DNA of 64,000 nucleotides, taken from NCBI GenBank assembly GCA_017654855.1, contig CM030333.1, forward strand, positions 2,666,001-2,730,000, written 5' to 3'. Source of the stretch: Podospora anserina (lineage: Eukaryota). Both the position numbers and the translations under genes were made by a program. Below are positions 1-14,143 of this stretch, one piece after another. The notes beneath the pieces are model-generated. The model did not search any database and was not told where the DNA came from. It saw nothing but the letters and a program-made list of their open reading frames with translations. Within the stretch, counting starts at the first letter, position 1. Each line of letters begins with the position of its first letter.

Positions 1-1595
1 GTGAAGTTAGCGGGAGGGCTGAATCACATTTTGAAGTATTTTTCAGTGATCCTGTCGTTTGCTTTTGTGTACACATGAGATGTTGGATCACTGTATAGGA
101 TCACCCAGATGCAACACTATTCTTACAACCCCCCAACAACAACAACGAAAAGGGAACTCAGCTGCCAGTCTGGATCACCATCTGCTGCAGGCGCTGTATT
201 CTTTGGGAAGTCTGCCTTATTTTGACATGTCACCAGAAGCGGAAGTAACTCCGATTACTCCCGGGTCGGGCTTCGGATATGCTGGTCAGAAGATGGAGGG
301 CTTTGCTGACCGCATGCCTACCTCTCCCACCAGCCAACCTGTAAGAAGGGGTCCTGCTGGATGTGGGTCAACCAAGTTGGCTGCCCAACCGAGAATTCTC
401 GATGATTTTATCTGACCAGTCACTGGCTGACACAACGAAGCTCAACAATGCAACTTTACCGGACCCTTAACGGGGTGGAGGGTATTTTAACGCTGGGATG
501 GATGGGGCGAAGCTACCTATCAAGTTCACCTTAGAGATGACAGGTAACTGCATCATGCCAGGATCTTCTCCCCCCACCCGCACATGTTGTTCAGTCACGG
601 GGGTCGGTCGATATCGGCTTGACCGGGGCCTATTAACGAACAAGGAAACAAGACCTTCCACTTGGAATGATGAGGGCCCTGAAGAAAAGATTGGTAGTCC
701 TGACAAGAGAACCCATAGACCACTGAGTATAGTAGGACGGCTTTGGATATATATTACGGGATCGTCGAGAAGCATCAAGCGATCAGCAGAGGGGTCTGTT
801 GACCATCTTTTGGGCCTCTGGATGCTTTCATCACTTTCTCTGCTTTTCTGTGCACGGCCGGACGGTGTAAAGCAGCGAAATTGAGCTTCGCAGGGACGAT
901 GGTTGACTTGTGTTACCTTCCCCGATAGACGACCTGCATGTTGGGGATGTTGGTAGGTACCCAGGGAGGCGGGGGACTCAGCCCTATTGATGTTATCATC
1001 TATCTTGATGGGCGGAAGGGAAGGAGATCTTCCTGTACCGCTAGTATACCTTTTCACTAGAACGGGATTCGGGCAGATCTTGGGTCATTGTTCGGGTATT
1101 TTGTTCTCGTGAAGATAGATTCGTACACCTCCTCACCTGCAGGGTGTCGCTGTAGTCATGCAGAGTCCACAAAGTACCTGGCATGCCTGTCTCATCTTTA
1201 CCTATCTAACAACCCTCGTCTCTCCAGGACTTTGGATGACTAAGGGGAAAAAAGCATATACTTCCGCCGCCGAAGGAGAATTTAAAACTTTTAACAATAG
1301 CAGCAGTGTACAATTCACAAATCACAACCACCAATCCCTTTGTAAGTAGGTTTATAAACACATTTCCATTCTTTCCCGGAATAAGGTAGAGCCAAAACTC
1401 AAAAACAAAAAGTATATACAACTGAATCCTCCTCAAATCCCATCCCATCCAAACTGATGCTGATGATTTATCCTCCCCCTCCCCCCAAAACGCAATGCTA
1501 TGCTATGCCATGCAAAAAAAAAGAAAAAAACCCTTCTTTTCCTCCCAAATTTTTCTTACATCTCCCCCCTTCCAAGAATTCTCAAAGAGAGAAAC

Positions 1596-2651
1596 TTAGA
1601 TGCACTGGCTGTAGTAAGGGTTGAGAACAGTGCAAGTAGAGCCGGAAGCGCAAACGGTAGGGCCAGTCCAGCCGTTGCCACCGCACTGTCCCCACTTGGG
1701 AGCAACACCAGCACCGCCGGTAGGAGCGGGAGCGGCAGAGGTGGCAGGGGCGGAGGTGACAGTGACGAGGGTAGTGGTGGGGGGCTGGACGACAGGGGCG
1801 GAGGAGGTGGTGACGACGGGGCCGGCGGTGGGGGTGACGACGGGAGCGCCGGGGAGGGTGGCAGAGGCGGTGCGGGTGGCGGTGGACTTGCTCTGGGGGA
1901 TGGAGCTGACGGCGCCGGCGATGAGGGCAGGGCCGGGGACGGGGTAGTTGGGGCTGGCGACGTAGGGGTTGAAGAGGATGCCGGCGTCGTTGGCGCGGTA
2001 GAGGGAGGTGCCGGCGACACCGGCGGGGGAGTTGTTGCCGTTGCCGACGATGCGGAGGTTCAGGCACTGGGGATAGGCCTGGGCGCCGTTGGGGGAAGAG
2101 CCGCCGTGGAGGGCGATGATCTCGTGGCGGAGGACGTAGTTGCCGGCCTTGAGGTCGGCGGGGATCTGGACGAGCCAGCTGTTGCCGTTGGCACGGAGGT
2201 CGTCGGCGGCCCACGTGCGGGTGTTGGGGTTGTAGCCGGCACCGCCGATCTTGAACCAGCGGAGGGAGGTCTTGTCGACGGTCTCGCAGGGGCCGTTGCA
2301 GTTGGCGAGGTAGTCGATGACGGGGCCGATGTGGGACTCGGGCCACTCGGGGGTCCAGACGATGGAGATCTTGTCACCGGCGTTGACAGTGGCAGAGCCG
2401 CCGCCAGGAGCAGCAGACTTGTGGCAGATGATGTCGGTGGTGCCGAAGTTGTTGGGCTCGACGAAGCCGTTGTCCTGCTGAAGAGCAGACCAGCCGATCA
2501 CGGTAGGGGGGTTGGGCTGGTAGAAGTGGGTTGTCGGGTCATAGTTCTGGTAGTAGACACCGTTCACGATGATGTGGGAGACGTGGCCGTGGGCGGCAAC
2601 GAGGGCAGCACCCGAGAGGGCGGCGAGAAGGGTAGCGGCCTTGTTAGACAT
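1596..2651 (-). CDS. AA9 (GH61) lytic polysaccharide monooxygenase with C-terminal CBM1
   Basis: Signal peptide [20 protein letters not shown] is followed by His1 (HGHV). Also present: second brace His (WPESHIGP), HEIIALH...GAQAYPQC, a P/T-rich linker and CBM1 ([32 protein letters not shown]). True ATG at 2651; no intron. Confidence 0.97.
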   Translation of the reverse strand: MSNKAATLLAALSGAALVAAHGHVSHIIVNGVYYQNYDPTTHFYQPNPPTVIGWSALQQDNGFVEPNNFGTTDIICHKSAAPGGGSATVNAGDKISIVWTPEWPESHIGPVIDYLANCNGPCETVDKTSLRWFKIGGAGYNPNTRTWAADDLRANGNSWLVQIPADLKAGNYVLRHEIIALHGGSSPNGAQAYPQCLNLRIVGNGNNSPAGVAGTSLYRANDAGILFNPYVASPNYPVPGPALIAGAVSSIPQSKSTATRTASATLPGAPVVTPTAGPVVTTSSAPVVQPPTTTLVTVTSAPATSAAPAPTGGAGVAPKWGQCGGNGWTGPTVCASGSTCTVLNPYYSQCI

Positions 2652-2782
2652 GGTGAAGAGATGTGTGTGCTGAATCTCACTCTGAAATGAATAGGTGAGG
2701 ATGTTTGACCGTGGGCTGGTGATGGCTGGAGTGCTGATCGACGGATGAAGAACCAGAACCAAGGGTGACAGCAACGGCGATC

Positions 2783-2788
2783 TTTATA
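2783..2788 (-). promoter_or_regulatory. TATA box of the LPMO gene
   Basis: TATAAA on the minus strand ~135 bp upstream of the ATG. Confidence 0.55.
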
Positions 2789-5700
2789 CTCGATGGCTTT
2801 GGGCATCTCGGTCCATGTTACCGCAGCATTCACGACATATCACGTCCAGTGAGGTGGACCAAAGGCGTTCTGGGTGTTCATGGAGGAGGTCTGGGCGCGG
2901 TGCTAGCGGAGCATGAAGGAGGGCATCCCGGGGCCGAATCGATCATCGGCAATGATGTTGAATGACAAGGGGCGACCAACCAAGGGCAGTGTGGGGTAGG
3001 CGAGGCCGTGGTGATGGAGGCTCAAGGCACCATGCACCCCAACCTGGGGAGCATGCGGTCAGGTAGCGAGCTTCCCAAGAGTCTGGTCCAATTTGGGGTG
3101 CCCTGTTTGCACATGTTGGCGCCACCAAAATGAGGGAGACGGCGGCAGGGAGGCCGGTGACAAGACAAAGCTGCTTGGAATCCGAGGTCGACTGAAGGAG
3201 ATATCGGACTGCCTTCCCGCCTTGGAGCCCGGGGAAGAGAGCCTCAAGAGGGATCAAGAAACGATGTGATTGGCGAAGGCTGACAAGAGCTCGATGCTGG
3301 TTCCCGGCAGACAGTTCAACGCTCTGAGGCACCAAACCGGATTAGGATTACTTGGATCGTGGAGAGGCTCTTCCGTGCCGTCTTGGGAAAGACGAGCGAT
3401 CCAGGGGAACGGGGGGGTGGTCCCCACTTGGTTTGTGGGGAAAATGTAACGGCGTTTCAACTTAGCGCGCCGTAGGGAGGTGGTGTTGGACGGTCATGGA
3501 CGGATGAATTCGGTGACATCCGAGAGGTGTAGAGTTGCAGTCTGAATTCAGGCAAAAAGTTGGCAAGTCTGGCAGTGGAGCGGATAATCCAGGTCGACAC
3601 AAGCGACCTCGCCAGAGACAGGTCGGGGATGCCCTCAGCCTGCGCTGAACCCGACTCCAAGGTTCTCGCAATATCGAGGTCGCTTTAGTTCGACGGGCTC
3701 AATACCGAGTCGCAGCACGGGAACGGGAGAGCTCGTGGTTGACAGTTTCGGCTAAAGAGTAGCGCTCCCAGCAGACAACGTGGTGGACGGCATTTTGCAT
3801 TGACGGCGTGGGGAAGGCAATGGGAAAAGTATAAGATGGCCTGTTTCCAACCAAATTGGAGGACGAACAAGGCGAAACAGCTTCCCCCAACTTCTGCGGT
3901 TCGCATGGAGATCGTCGCCGATAGTGCCTGCCGCCACTGTTCTCGGCCGCTTAAACGCTTTAGCCAAGACTTCGTCTGAAAAAGGGGGCAAGAAGGCTTC
4001 ACTCTGGTAGTGCATAACGTCATCATCTGTTCCAGCTTAACTTGCACTTGGCTTGCAAAGGCTCAAGCTTCACATCTCGCGAGAGGCTCGGCAGCAGGAA
4101 TTTCAGATCAGATGGCCAAGTTCACGCGCGGCTTCCCGGCGCGGGCTCCTCCACGACCGCCACCGTCCCGTCACTCCGATGCTACTATCCACCACAGAGG
4201 CCCACATCGACTACAACGATTCTCCTCTATTGTCTCGAATCTTCTAGTTTTTGATTTTTCTTGTCCTGCTGACAGTCTCTTTCTTTTCAAGATTTTCATT
4301 CATGTCGATGTTGTTGTTGACTATGGCGATGATGTTGATATGATGTCCCTCACTGTGGGCGACTTGAGAAGTTGGAAGGGCCGGCCCTGAGGTTCATGTG
4401 TGACTCTGAGTTTTGAAAGAGTTCCCATTGTGAGAGCTGTGGAATCGCGCCATGTTTGCCCGAGCAGCACACCCTCTCGGACGCAGGTCTACCCACCACT
4501 GCCCCGTTTTCGGCTTCGTTGTCCAAAACAAGACTGACCATCATCTCTAGCTTGCAAGTAAAACATCCGACAGCGCTTCATGGAGCGTTGGATATGTGCG
4601 CGTTCAAGTGGAGAGACATAATTATCATTGGTGGAATGCGTGCCCGGTGTAAAATGCATGCTGGTGGTGATGATGCTCCTCCTATCGCGAGAGAGAAACT
4701 GAGCTGCAATGAGAAACCAACATCACCCTATCTTGAAGCTAATTCAGCTAGCACCCGACTAACTCGAAAAACTGCGGTGTCATCTCTTCCTAGGCTGGTT
4801 TTCTTGTTGGGGATTTCAAGAATAGAATATCAAGCATTATGAGGTTGAGGTCCTCAGTTTTCGAATTCAAACACCTCGCTGCCTCCCTGTCTTTCTCGTG
4901 ACACCAGCCACATCATCAAAACCAACATCGTAGGTCAGGCGCCGGCATCGGTCAAACACATCACCATGACAATGTCCAAGATCTCATTGATATCGAATGC
5001 AAGGAACCGCCCAGCAAGACCTGTTCACGTATCTTTGCTGGAAAGCAGTCCTAAAACGCAAAATGGGCCATAATCGACCAAGAGACTCGTCCCAACATTG
5101 TATTTCGTCTGGGAGCAAGCGACCGTAGTTGGGGTCGAGAGCCGCTGCTTTAGCTTAATAGGGGTCTTTTCAAAGGTGGGTGAGCAAGCGACGGGAGCAG
5201 AGAAACAAGTTGCGAGAAGAGAATCTTCAAGGACACTTTCCACAATTGTTTGTGGGGGCGTTTGGCAGCGTGCCATTATCACCGGGGTCTGATGGCCAGA
5301 ATTGGAAGAATGTCACCAGACCTATCGAAGACGGTGAGAGAGGGGACGTCTTGGACACAGGGATGGGCGGCCGCCGTTCTCACAGCAAGTAACCATGTAT
5401 GTCTGCAAGAATGATTAACAGGCATTAAAATTACCAACAGGCCTTCCAAATAGCCAGTATATCTTCTTACAAATGAATCACCGGGTCTCTAAACGTAGTT
5501 GTGGAGCAGCAATACCTCAAACCTCCGACTGTTTCTCCCCTGTCGGTTGACAGAGCATGCAGCCTTTCCAAGGAATATTGGCGCCGGAGGGTCGGCTTCT
5601 GGAGCAACATAAGCAACCTCGAAGCTACGCCATCATACGTGTCACGCTCAGGAGTCTGGCTGCAGGCTAGGACAGTACCCTGACAGAAGTATAATGGTGA

Positions 5701-5984
5701 CGACAGAATGCATTTGGTAGAATCAATACTAATCTCATCAACATACCGACCCAGAAGCCCCAGTCCCAGCAAAAACACCATCCCAACTCCAAACGCCCTA
5801 CCAAAGTGTGTACAATATGTTCCCTCAAATCGCATCATGGCCTCCAACTGGTCCAAGGTCTTGGCACAGATCCGTGCCGCATCCCCAGACTCGGGCCTCG
5901 AATCAGAACCGGTTGCTTCATCCGCACCCTTGCTGCCAACGGTCGATCCCGCCCCCACCATGCCGGCAATCTCGACTCCACAAC

Positions 5985-7130
5985 TCAAACAGAGCTCCCG
6001 ACGACATTCCTGTTCTTCAGTCTCGTATATCCAGCTCTGTTGTATCTCCTCAAACATCTCGAGCCTCCCCAAAACACCACCGCTGCTAACCCCACGAGGG
6101 ACGCAAACAGCAAGAACAGATGCTCACCAATAGCCAAGAACATCTTGTTATCCCAGTTCACCCAAGTCCCACCTCTTTCCTGGGTAAAAAAGATCCACTC
6201 GTCCGCCTCCGGCCTGTCGTCCATGATCAACCGGTAACCTCTGTGTTCCATCTCGGGATCTGCCCCAGGCTTCGGCAGCAACGAGTGGTACTTCTCCCAC
6301 ACAGCCGTTTCGAACCACTGCCCACTCGCAAAACTGATGGTGATGTAAGGAAAGAAATAATTCCAGTCGTACTCCATCAGTGACATTGTAACGAGGTTCC
6401 AGAACGGGTGGCGAGGCTTCGACGCAAGGATGTTGTTCGAGAGAGCTCCGCGGCCGCCGTCGGTGATCCAAAACGGATAGTATAGTAGAGGTGTCAAGTC
6501 CGTTTTGCAGCCCTGTTGCAGAGTATTATAAGTATCTTGTCCAGTTGAAGGATGGGGAAAATGACTGACATTGTCCAGATCCATGTATATTCCCCCATGA
6601 TGATACAGCAAAAAGTACCTCACGGCATCCACCCTCTGCACCTTGTACCGATACCCATCATACGTCCTCAAAAACCAAGGGTATTCCCTTTCGATAAATT
6701 CTCTCGAGGTTCGTTCGGTCCACAACTATCATCACCACCCAAAGTCAGCATTCCCATCCCCGTCATTTACACAACCCCCACCTGTACCACCACACAAACC
6801 TACCTTAAACTCCCACCCCGGATTCCTCTCCACACAGCCTCCCCTAACCCCCTCCCAATCCCCCGGCAAACTATCATTCCCCGGTTCCTTCCAATTGTGA
6901 AAAACCTGATGCACAATCTTTGGAATATGCTGAACCCTCTTCCCTCCCCCCCCCAACAACCCATGTCCATCCTGGTTATACGCCTCAAGCGCATCCGCCT
7001 GCCGTAGCTGAATCCCGGCATGCTGGAAAAAGAGGCCCACAAACGCCACCAACCGCGCGAGAATGTACCCCGTTCCAGCCAACAACACCACCGCCCAAAG
7101 GATGACGGATATCTTGATCGAGATCCGCAT
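5985..7130 (-). CDS. GT32 mannosyltransferase, SUR1/CSH1-like MIPC synthase (3 exons)
   Basis: N-terminal TM, IPKIVHQ, DAVRYFLLYHHGGIYMDLD (DxD) and C-terminal TM. GT-AG introns at 6726-6803 and 6513-6569 join the ORF pieces in frame. Confidence 0.9.
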
Positions 7131-8180
7131 CTTTTGTCTTTCCCCGTCCACTGTACTCGGTCGGTCGGCTGGCTCGTCGCCGGGGGGCAAAAAAGTAATA
7201 TATGTAAGGATAGCAAGCAGCAAACAACAAAAGCAGATACCCACACGAAATCAATACGTCACATCCAAAATGGCTCTCTCTGCATCAACAACAAAAAACA
7301 ATGTTGCCAAAAGGAGAAAAAGGCAGAGAAACAAAAAGTGATGTCAGTCCCAAAAACTTCCCAGGCAACCCCCCGCCCTAAATTTCCCGCCCAAAGTCCG
7401 ACGTCAAAGTAAAAAGGGAGAGACAGAACCCCCGAGCCCAGGCCAAGTTTAAAGTTCAGCCTCTCTCCCTTCCCGAGTTCCTACCGCTCCCGAGACATGC
7501 ACCTCCCTTATTACCTACAAGGGAGGGCTGGAAAAGCACCCGGGATTCCCGAACCCGAACTTCCAACACTTTCAAGGCAGGCACCCAGATCCACGAAAAA
7601 AAGCAAGACCGTTTGCGTGGCTTGCGGCTGTGTATTGCTCGCACCGCATGTACCTCCTCCCCTTCCACACACATGGGGGACACCGTTCGTGCAACCTGCA
7701 CCACGCGCGCTTGCGCACTGTACGAGCAGCACAGCAGCACCCTTCGGCTGGCGCTGAATCACGATCGGCCCTGAGAATGACAAATGACAGACATGTGCCC
7801 GGGCTTGTCTTGGCATTAGCCCGGACAAAGAATTGACAGGTTGCCGGTGACTGCTATTACAATTATTAGCTCTATGGTCATGCTCTAATGATGTTTGTCT
7901 ATCCGAAAAGTTCCCCAAATCCCTCCGGTGGTATAAGCCTCACTGAGCATCCTTCCCGTGTCGCTGTCTCAGTGTCTAATTTGACCATGTATAATCGCTG
8001 GCTGTGATGCCACCAGCCCCCGTCGCTGTACACCAGTCAGCATCATCCAACTAACAGCGGCCAATGAGTCCAATCTCACCTTATCAATACAGCCTCAACT
8101 CAATATCGCTATGCCTAGCACTTGAGCTCAACTCCAACTCCAAATCCACTCTATGCTTTCGTAATCTCTTCGTTTGGTGA

Positions 8181-9984
8181 TCAATCCCTCCTACTTTCAT
8201 ACCCATCAAACGTAGGACACTCCCTTTCCAGCTTCCTCACCCTTCTAATATTAAACCCCGACACCTTATCTTGCTCCTTCACTTCTTCCCCCACTATCAT
8301 CCACGGACTGACATGACACCTCCCCGTGGATGACTCCCACGTCCAAGCGATACACGTCTTGAAAGCCTTTTCCGTGCACTTCTCCATGCAATCCTGCGCC
8401 GACGCAACATTCTCATGCGTGTAAACAGCCTCATCCACCGGCCCAACATAATCCCAGTCCAAAGTCCAAGCATCCACCTCTGAATCAAACGGCGGCGCAG
8501 ACCGGAAAATAACACACACATCCGGCTCTGGCTTCCCCCAAGCCCAACCGGTCCCGATACTAGCGCGAAACCGCCGGTTGTACTCCGCCAAGCACTCCCA
8601 TTCACTCTTGACATCCCGCAGCACAATCCTCGACATCTCCTCCCTCTGCTTCGGATCCTTGATCGTCTTCTTCGTCATTTCAGGATCCCACCTCCAAGGA
8701 GCAGGCACCCCATAAATCTTCCACAAATCCAACCAAAACACCGGCTCCGTCACATTCCTAAAATGCTCCCCAACGTCCCTCATCATCTCCGGCTGAGGCA
8801 ACGTGTGAAAGCTCAAGATAGGAGAACACATCCTGTCCCCTCTGATTTTACTCCTCCTCGGCGGCTCCCCATTGAACAAATACGCATACCTCTCATCCAG
8901 ATAAATTCCCACCCTAATCAGCGCCTTCGCCAACAACCGATCCCCCCAAACCTCATCCAAACTCTCCAAATAACTCGTCTTGAGCGCCTTCGGATTCTCC
9001 TTCACCAACGCCCTCATCGCCGCCTGCGACAAGATAACCGCCGACCCCCCATGCGCAAACCTCGCCCGAAAGTCACCAACGGCATTACCAAGATAGTGCT
9101 TCTCCTCCGGGTCAAAATGTCCCAAAAACCTCTTCACACTCGTCTCCACCAGAAAAGTATCATCATCCACCAGCAAATACCACTTCTTGTCCGGCCACCT
9201 CTGATACGCAAACTCCAGCCCAGGTATAAACTTCAACGCGTCCAACTCCCACCCAAACTCCTTTGACAAACCCCCCGCCAGCTCCTCATCCTTCGCCCCA
9301 ACAGCAGCAGTCAACCTCTCATACTTCCCCACCCTCTTATGCCCCAACAAACCCCCCAAAATCGGATTCTCCAACCCCCTCTCCACCATATCATACACCT
9401 TGACCACCCTCTCCCCCCCATCACCCAAAACCATCTCCCCCCCATAATCAGCAATCACAACCACCTCCCCCCACCCCCCAACACTCTCAAACCAAGCCGG
9501 AACCCTCCCCCGAGTCCCATACCCCGTCTTCAACACAACCCCCACATCCCTCCCCCAATCAACCTCGTACTCTGGCCTCTCCCTCAAAACCCACTCCTCA
9601 CTTGGCCTTCCCCCGGTCACCAGTCTCTTCCAGTTCCACCTCACCCCCAACCTCAGCGTGGAATCATACGGCAGCACCGCCGCCCCGAGCAAAAAGCAGA
9701 CAACGACAAAAAGGGGAAAAGACAGCCAGTTTGACTTGAGGAAGCGGATCGCTCTCCTCAGGGGCCTGGGAAGGAACCTCCTTGTTGATCGTCGACGACG
9801 GGGGGTCCACCCAGAGCCCTGGGCGATGTTGGCGTAGGGGTTGGCGGTTTGGGGATGGGGTTGTGGAGGATGTGATGGTGAGGGGATTGGGGGTTCTAAA
9901 GAGGTGTGTTAGTCCACAAGATAAAAAGGGGAATGGGGGGGACATACCACCGATTAGTCCACGGACAAAGTCAGACAGTGTCAT
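8181..9984 (-). CDS. GT31 (Fringe/C1GALT-like) glycosyltransferase, type II membrane, with C-terminal PAN/apple-like Cys module
   Basis: KWYLLVDDDTF, FAHGGSAVILS, WGDRLL and a C-terminal CxxxC...C..WTW...C. A short first exon (MTLSDFVRGLIG) plus a GTATGT..CTAAC..TAG intron (~9897-9947) splices in frame into the long ORF. Confidence 0.85.
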
Positions 9985-10599
9985 GGTGAAAATCTCGCCT
10001 CTCTCTGCTTGCGGCTGGTTGACTCGGAGACGAACACAAATCCAGTTGAATGAAGAAGCCTCTCATGAAAAAAGCAATTAAACACTGTACTTTCATAACC
10101 CCATACCCATCATAAGAAGAAACCTCAAATGAGGGAGATAAAAAAAAAACCCAAGCAAGCGGAAAGATAACAATCAACAAAGGTACGATCAATGCCTTGC
10201 TTGCCTTGTCTAACAGAGAAAAAGAAATTAATGTTGGATGATGATGGTCAATTCTCCCAAAAATAAAAAGTGAGAGCTCAAGTTCAGGCAACGCGCATTG
10301 CGCCTTGGCACCGCTGAGCAGTCGCGACTTGGCTTTTGCTGCAGGGGTGGTGGCGGTTGGTGCAGACGCTCGGACCATATCGCCAACCCCCCTTGAAGGA
10401 AGGAGCCCCTGAGACAACAATGGCAAGAGCAAACCTCTCGAACTTCAAATTATAAAAATTGCATGTGAGGATACAGGGCTCATGGCGGCTACTCCCAGAA
10501 TTCAATGTATTTCTTCTATTCCCTACTTGATTTTATTTTTGCCCACAATAAATCGACAGACCTTTGATCTCTAAACCTTATACCCCCTCCCTCTCATCC

Positions 10600-12704
10600 T
10601 CAAAGGAACACCTCAAGGTTAATCTCCAAAGTGCTCACCGGGTATCTCAGATCAAACTTCTCCAACACCGTCGGGTGCAACACACCCAACTCGCCAATCC
10701 TCTTCAGCTCACCACCCAACCTCACATAAATCGCAGCCGCCCTCCCCTTGAAGAAGGTTGGCTCGTCAATCTCCTGGATGAAATACCCATCGGCCTTGCT
10801 TGGGTTCTCCTTGACCGCATAGTCGATGCTCTTGCCCTCTAGGCCCTCCTCGTGCGTTACAAAGGCAACCTTCAGCATCGTCATGACGCGGTCCAGCAAG
10901 CCGTGTACGATTTCGAAACCGCTCGTCTTGCCATAGTAAGCAGCCGCCCACCGCCTCTCGTTTCTCGCCTTGCGCTCAAGGGACTCATCCTTGAAGACGA
11001 CATCCGCCGACTCGATGATCTGGAGAGGCAGCTTCATCGCCTTGTTTTCGCTGAGCGTCTTGAGGAGACCTGGGAGGAGGGATGTCCGCGCGACTTGATA
11101 CTCGACGGTTCTGGGGTTGGCGAGCTTGACGGCGGTTTTGCCATCATCGACACGGTTAAGCCACTCGAAGTTCTCCTCGTGCGAGCAGAGAATGAGAGGC
11201 ATGACCTCAACCCAGCCGGCCATGGCGCATTCGGTACGGACGATATCGCTGAGCTTGTTGATCATGAGAGGCTTGCCGATGGTTACAGACCTGTTTGGTG
11301 ATGAGCGGGGGAGGCTGTTGAAACCGTAGGCGATGGCAACATCTTCCATCTACACCAAATTGTCAATATCCCATACCGAACCTTGAGAAAACGGGAACAG
11401 CTTACCACATCGCAAGGGTGCAAAACATCAGCACGAGTTGGTGGCACAGTAACCTTGACAAACTTGGGATCCGAAGATGGTTCAGCCTTGTACGCCATCT
11501 TGCTCAACAACTTGCAGATAGACGCGGGGGACTCGCTCAGGCCAGTAACCTGGTTCAGGTAGTCAACCTCAACATCCATAGTGCGGGCAGCCAAGCTTGG
11601 CGTTACCCGGGTGGTGCCGTTGTGCTCGGAAACCACCTTGACAGGCTCGATTGTGAAGGGCTCGGCGCAGTACTGAGAGAACATGGCGACCATGATGTTG
11701 CAGACAATATCCAGCTTGGTCTGATCGGTTGCAGTCATGTCGATGAAGACATTCTTGGTATCGAGGGTAATCTTGGAGCGCTCGCTGTTGATGATGGGGG
11801 GGAGAGAGCAGATCTCTCTGTTCGCGTCAAGGATAACCGGGTAGACGGGCTTGTCGCGGAGGATGTGGAGGTAACGACCGAGATGTCTGTCGGTCTCGTA
11901 GAAGCTCATGAGCTCCTCACCGTTGATCTTCTTGGTCTGGTTCAGGGGGACAAAGTTGATGTCCTTGGGTGGGAGGGCCTCGTAGGTGAAGGGGCCCTGG
12001 ATTGTGTCGAGATCGTGGGTACCGATGCTACATTCCAGCCGTCAGCATTCTATTCCTTCTGCGCAAAGCCAGCCTCGATGCCGAAGTCGGAGCCACCACA
12101 CGTACGCAACCAGTGTTCGTTGTCTCGCAAGGTTCTGGTGGAGCTTGTCCTGCAGGCTGATGAAGGAGTCGTAGGAGTCCTGGGTGAACTTGATGTTGCG
12201 AAGGATCGCGCCGGCAGCATAGGGGCGGACCTGCTCTGTTTCCTTGGTGATGATGAGGGTCTGCATCTTGTCCTCTGGGATGTCGGCCAGCTTCCAGTTT
12301 GGTGTCCCGTGTTTCCCGCGGAAGATGTTTAGGTGCATCGCAATTCCTGAATAGTTCCTCTCAGCATGTCTTTTCCCCTTTTCCAAACTCTCCTCCCTAA
12401 GGCTCCAACCAAAAAGGGGGGCGTCATACCCTCGAAGCACAACATATCATAACGGTTGGCGGGAATCTCGATCGCCAACTCGGGCTTCTGATCCTTGGGG
12501 CGCGAAGGGTCATTCTCGGTGTCCTTGTCGAGCTCAATGCCAAAGTCGAAACAAAGCTGCTGGAAGCTCTCCTCGGTGAACCTGTTTCCCAAGAACAACA
12601 ATCGGTCAACCTCCTCCTGGTCATGGTGGGATAAGCAGTGCGCAATCTTACTGCTCGCCGAGCTCTTCAAAGAGCCGGTACTTGTCGACGTTGATGGTAG
12701 GCAT
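10600..12704 (-). CDS. FRS1: Cytosolic phenylalanyl-tRNA synthetase beta subunit (5 exons)
   Basis: MPTINVDK, IEIPANRYDMLC, SFISLQDKLHQN, PPTRADVLHPCD, EDVAIAYGFN, RTSLLPGLLKT; canonical introns bridge the ORF pieces. Confidence 0.96.
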
Positions 12705-14143
12705 ATTGAAGAAAATGCCAATCAATTTCTTTTTCCTTTGTGTCGTCGAACCGATCAAGTGGAGCGGAATTGAAAACGACGTAAAAAGCCTTCTGCTCCG
12801 GAACGGTTGTCTTTCTAAAACTCCAAGGCGGCTAGGTTCGTGAACATTCAGACAACACAGGCCTAACTCGACTCATCCAACGCCCCCAGTCCGGCCTGGA
12901 GGGGCCGCACTTGGCTGGGATGACTCAAAATGCGGGACGGGTTTACTGCCGGGCGTCACCGCTTAATTTCTGATGGAGGGGTTGTTCCCCCACTCACCTT
13001 GCTCACCTTCCACTCGCCGCGCTCCTTCTGTGCCCCACCGACAGCGCACAGACAATTTGCACCTGCTCTCAAATTTGCAAGCGTGCACAGACCATCTACC
13101 CTCCAGTATATATTGCCCGCTCCCCTCCCATATTTTCGTTTGCCTTTTCTTCCTTTTTTTCTTCATACTTACCTTGGCTGGCCTCCGGGAGATCAAGAAT
13201 TCCTAGAGGTATGGCGAAGAGCCTTCATTGCACATCGAGGAGTTCTTCGTCATTGATTGTCCTACGGGATCGTCATGGCTGTAATTTTTGATGTTTTCCA
13301 CACCTTTTTTTTCATTGTGCGCTTGATTCTGTCGAGCCATGAGGAAGAAAATTTCATTCCCATTCGCATTGTCATCAGTGTCTTGATTTTTAATGCGGAA
13401 AGCTGAAAATGTTATGGGTTCGGGTGTTGGAAGGCCGCTCGTTCAAATGTCCCAATCACATCATGTCATCGTGGCGTTGAAGTCGCGACTTGCATGTCAA
13501 CAAAACAAGCTATCGTATCGTAGCACAACCACAAGACACAACACTCGCTCCTGTGTCAAAGTCTCTCTTCTCTATATAACATCTGCTTCCTACCGTGGTA
13601 TATGGTCGCAAAAAAACTAAAACCGCAAAAAGCGAAAGAACAAAAAGAAAAAAGTAATGGTATCTCTTGTCGCAGATTTAAGAAAAACAAAAATCCACTT
13701 AGAATTAAGAAAACAATAAGAATGCAGAGGCCATCCATCCCCAATTCTTAACCAAGACAAATATCCCATCTCTATAAAGTCCATCCATCCATGGCTTTCG
13801 AAACAAAAGCGACCGACCGATCGACCGACCAAACCAGCCCAAGATAATATCCATCGACTCGAAACAGTCCATCCCGCCGGCGCACGCGCTGTTGAGAACG
13901 CAATGATGGAAAAAAAAAGGCTTTCCTTTTAAAACAAATGCAATAGAACTTTCGCCCCAGTATGCAATATGTCTTTCTTTGATATCCCAAAATGAAGAAG
14001 GAAAGAAACAAAAAAAATAGCTGCACTGCAACTGAAGGGGTGGGGAATAAATATCAAAAACAAAGGTTATAAGAAGAACAACATCCATCACCCAAGAGGA
14101 GAAACAATTCACTCCACACACCATTCTCTCCAAAAAAAAAGAC

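Noticed and set aside
1-1250. ORFs 59-415 and 467-1057 as genes or a TE relic
   Set aside because: No recognisable motifs or verifiable termini
1500-2690. 396-aa antisense ORF and other overlapping ORFs over the LPMO
   Set aside because: Shadow ORFs produced by strong GC3 codon bias of the real gene
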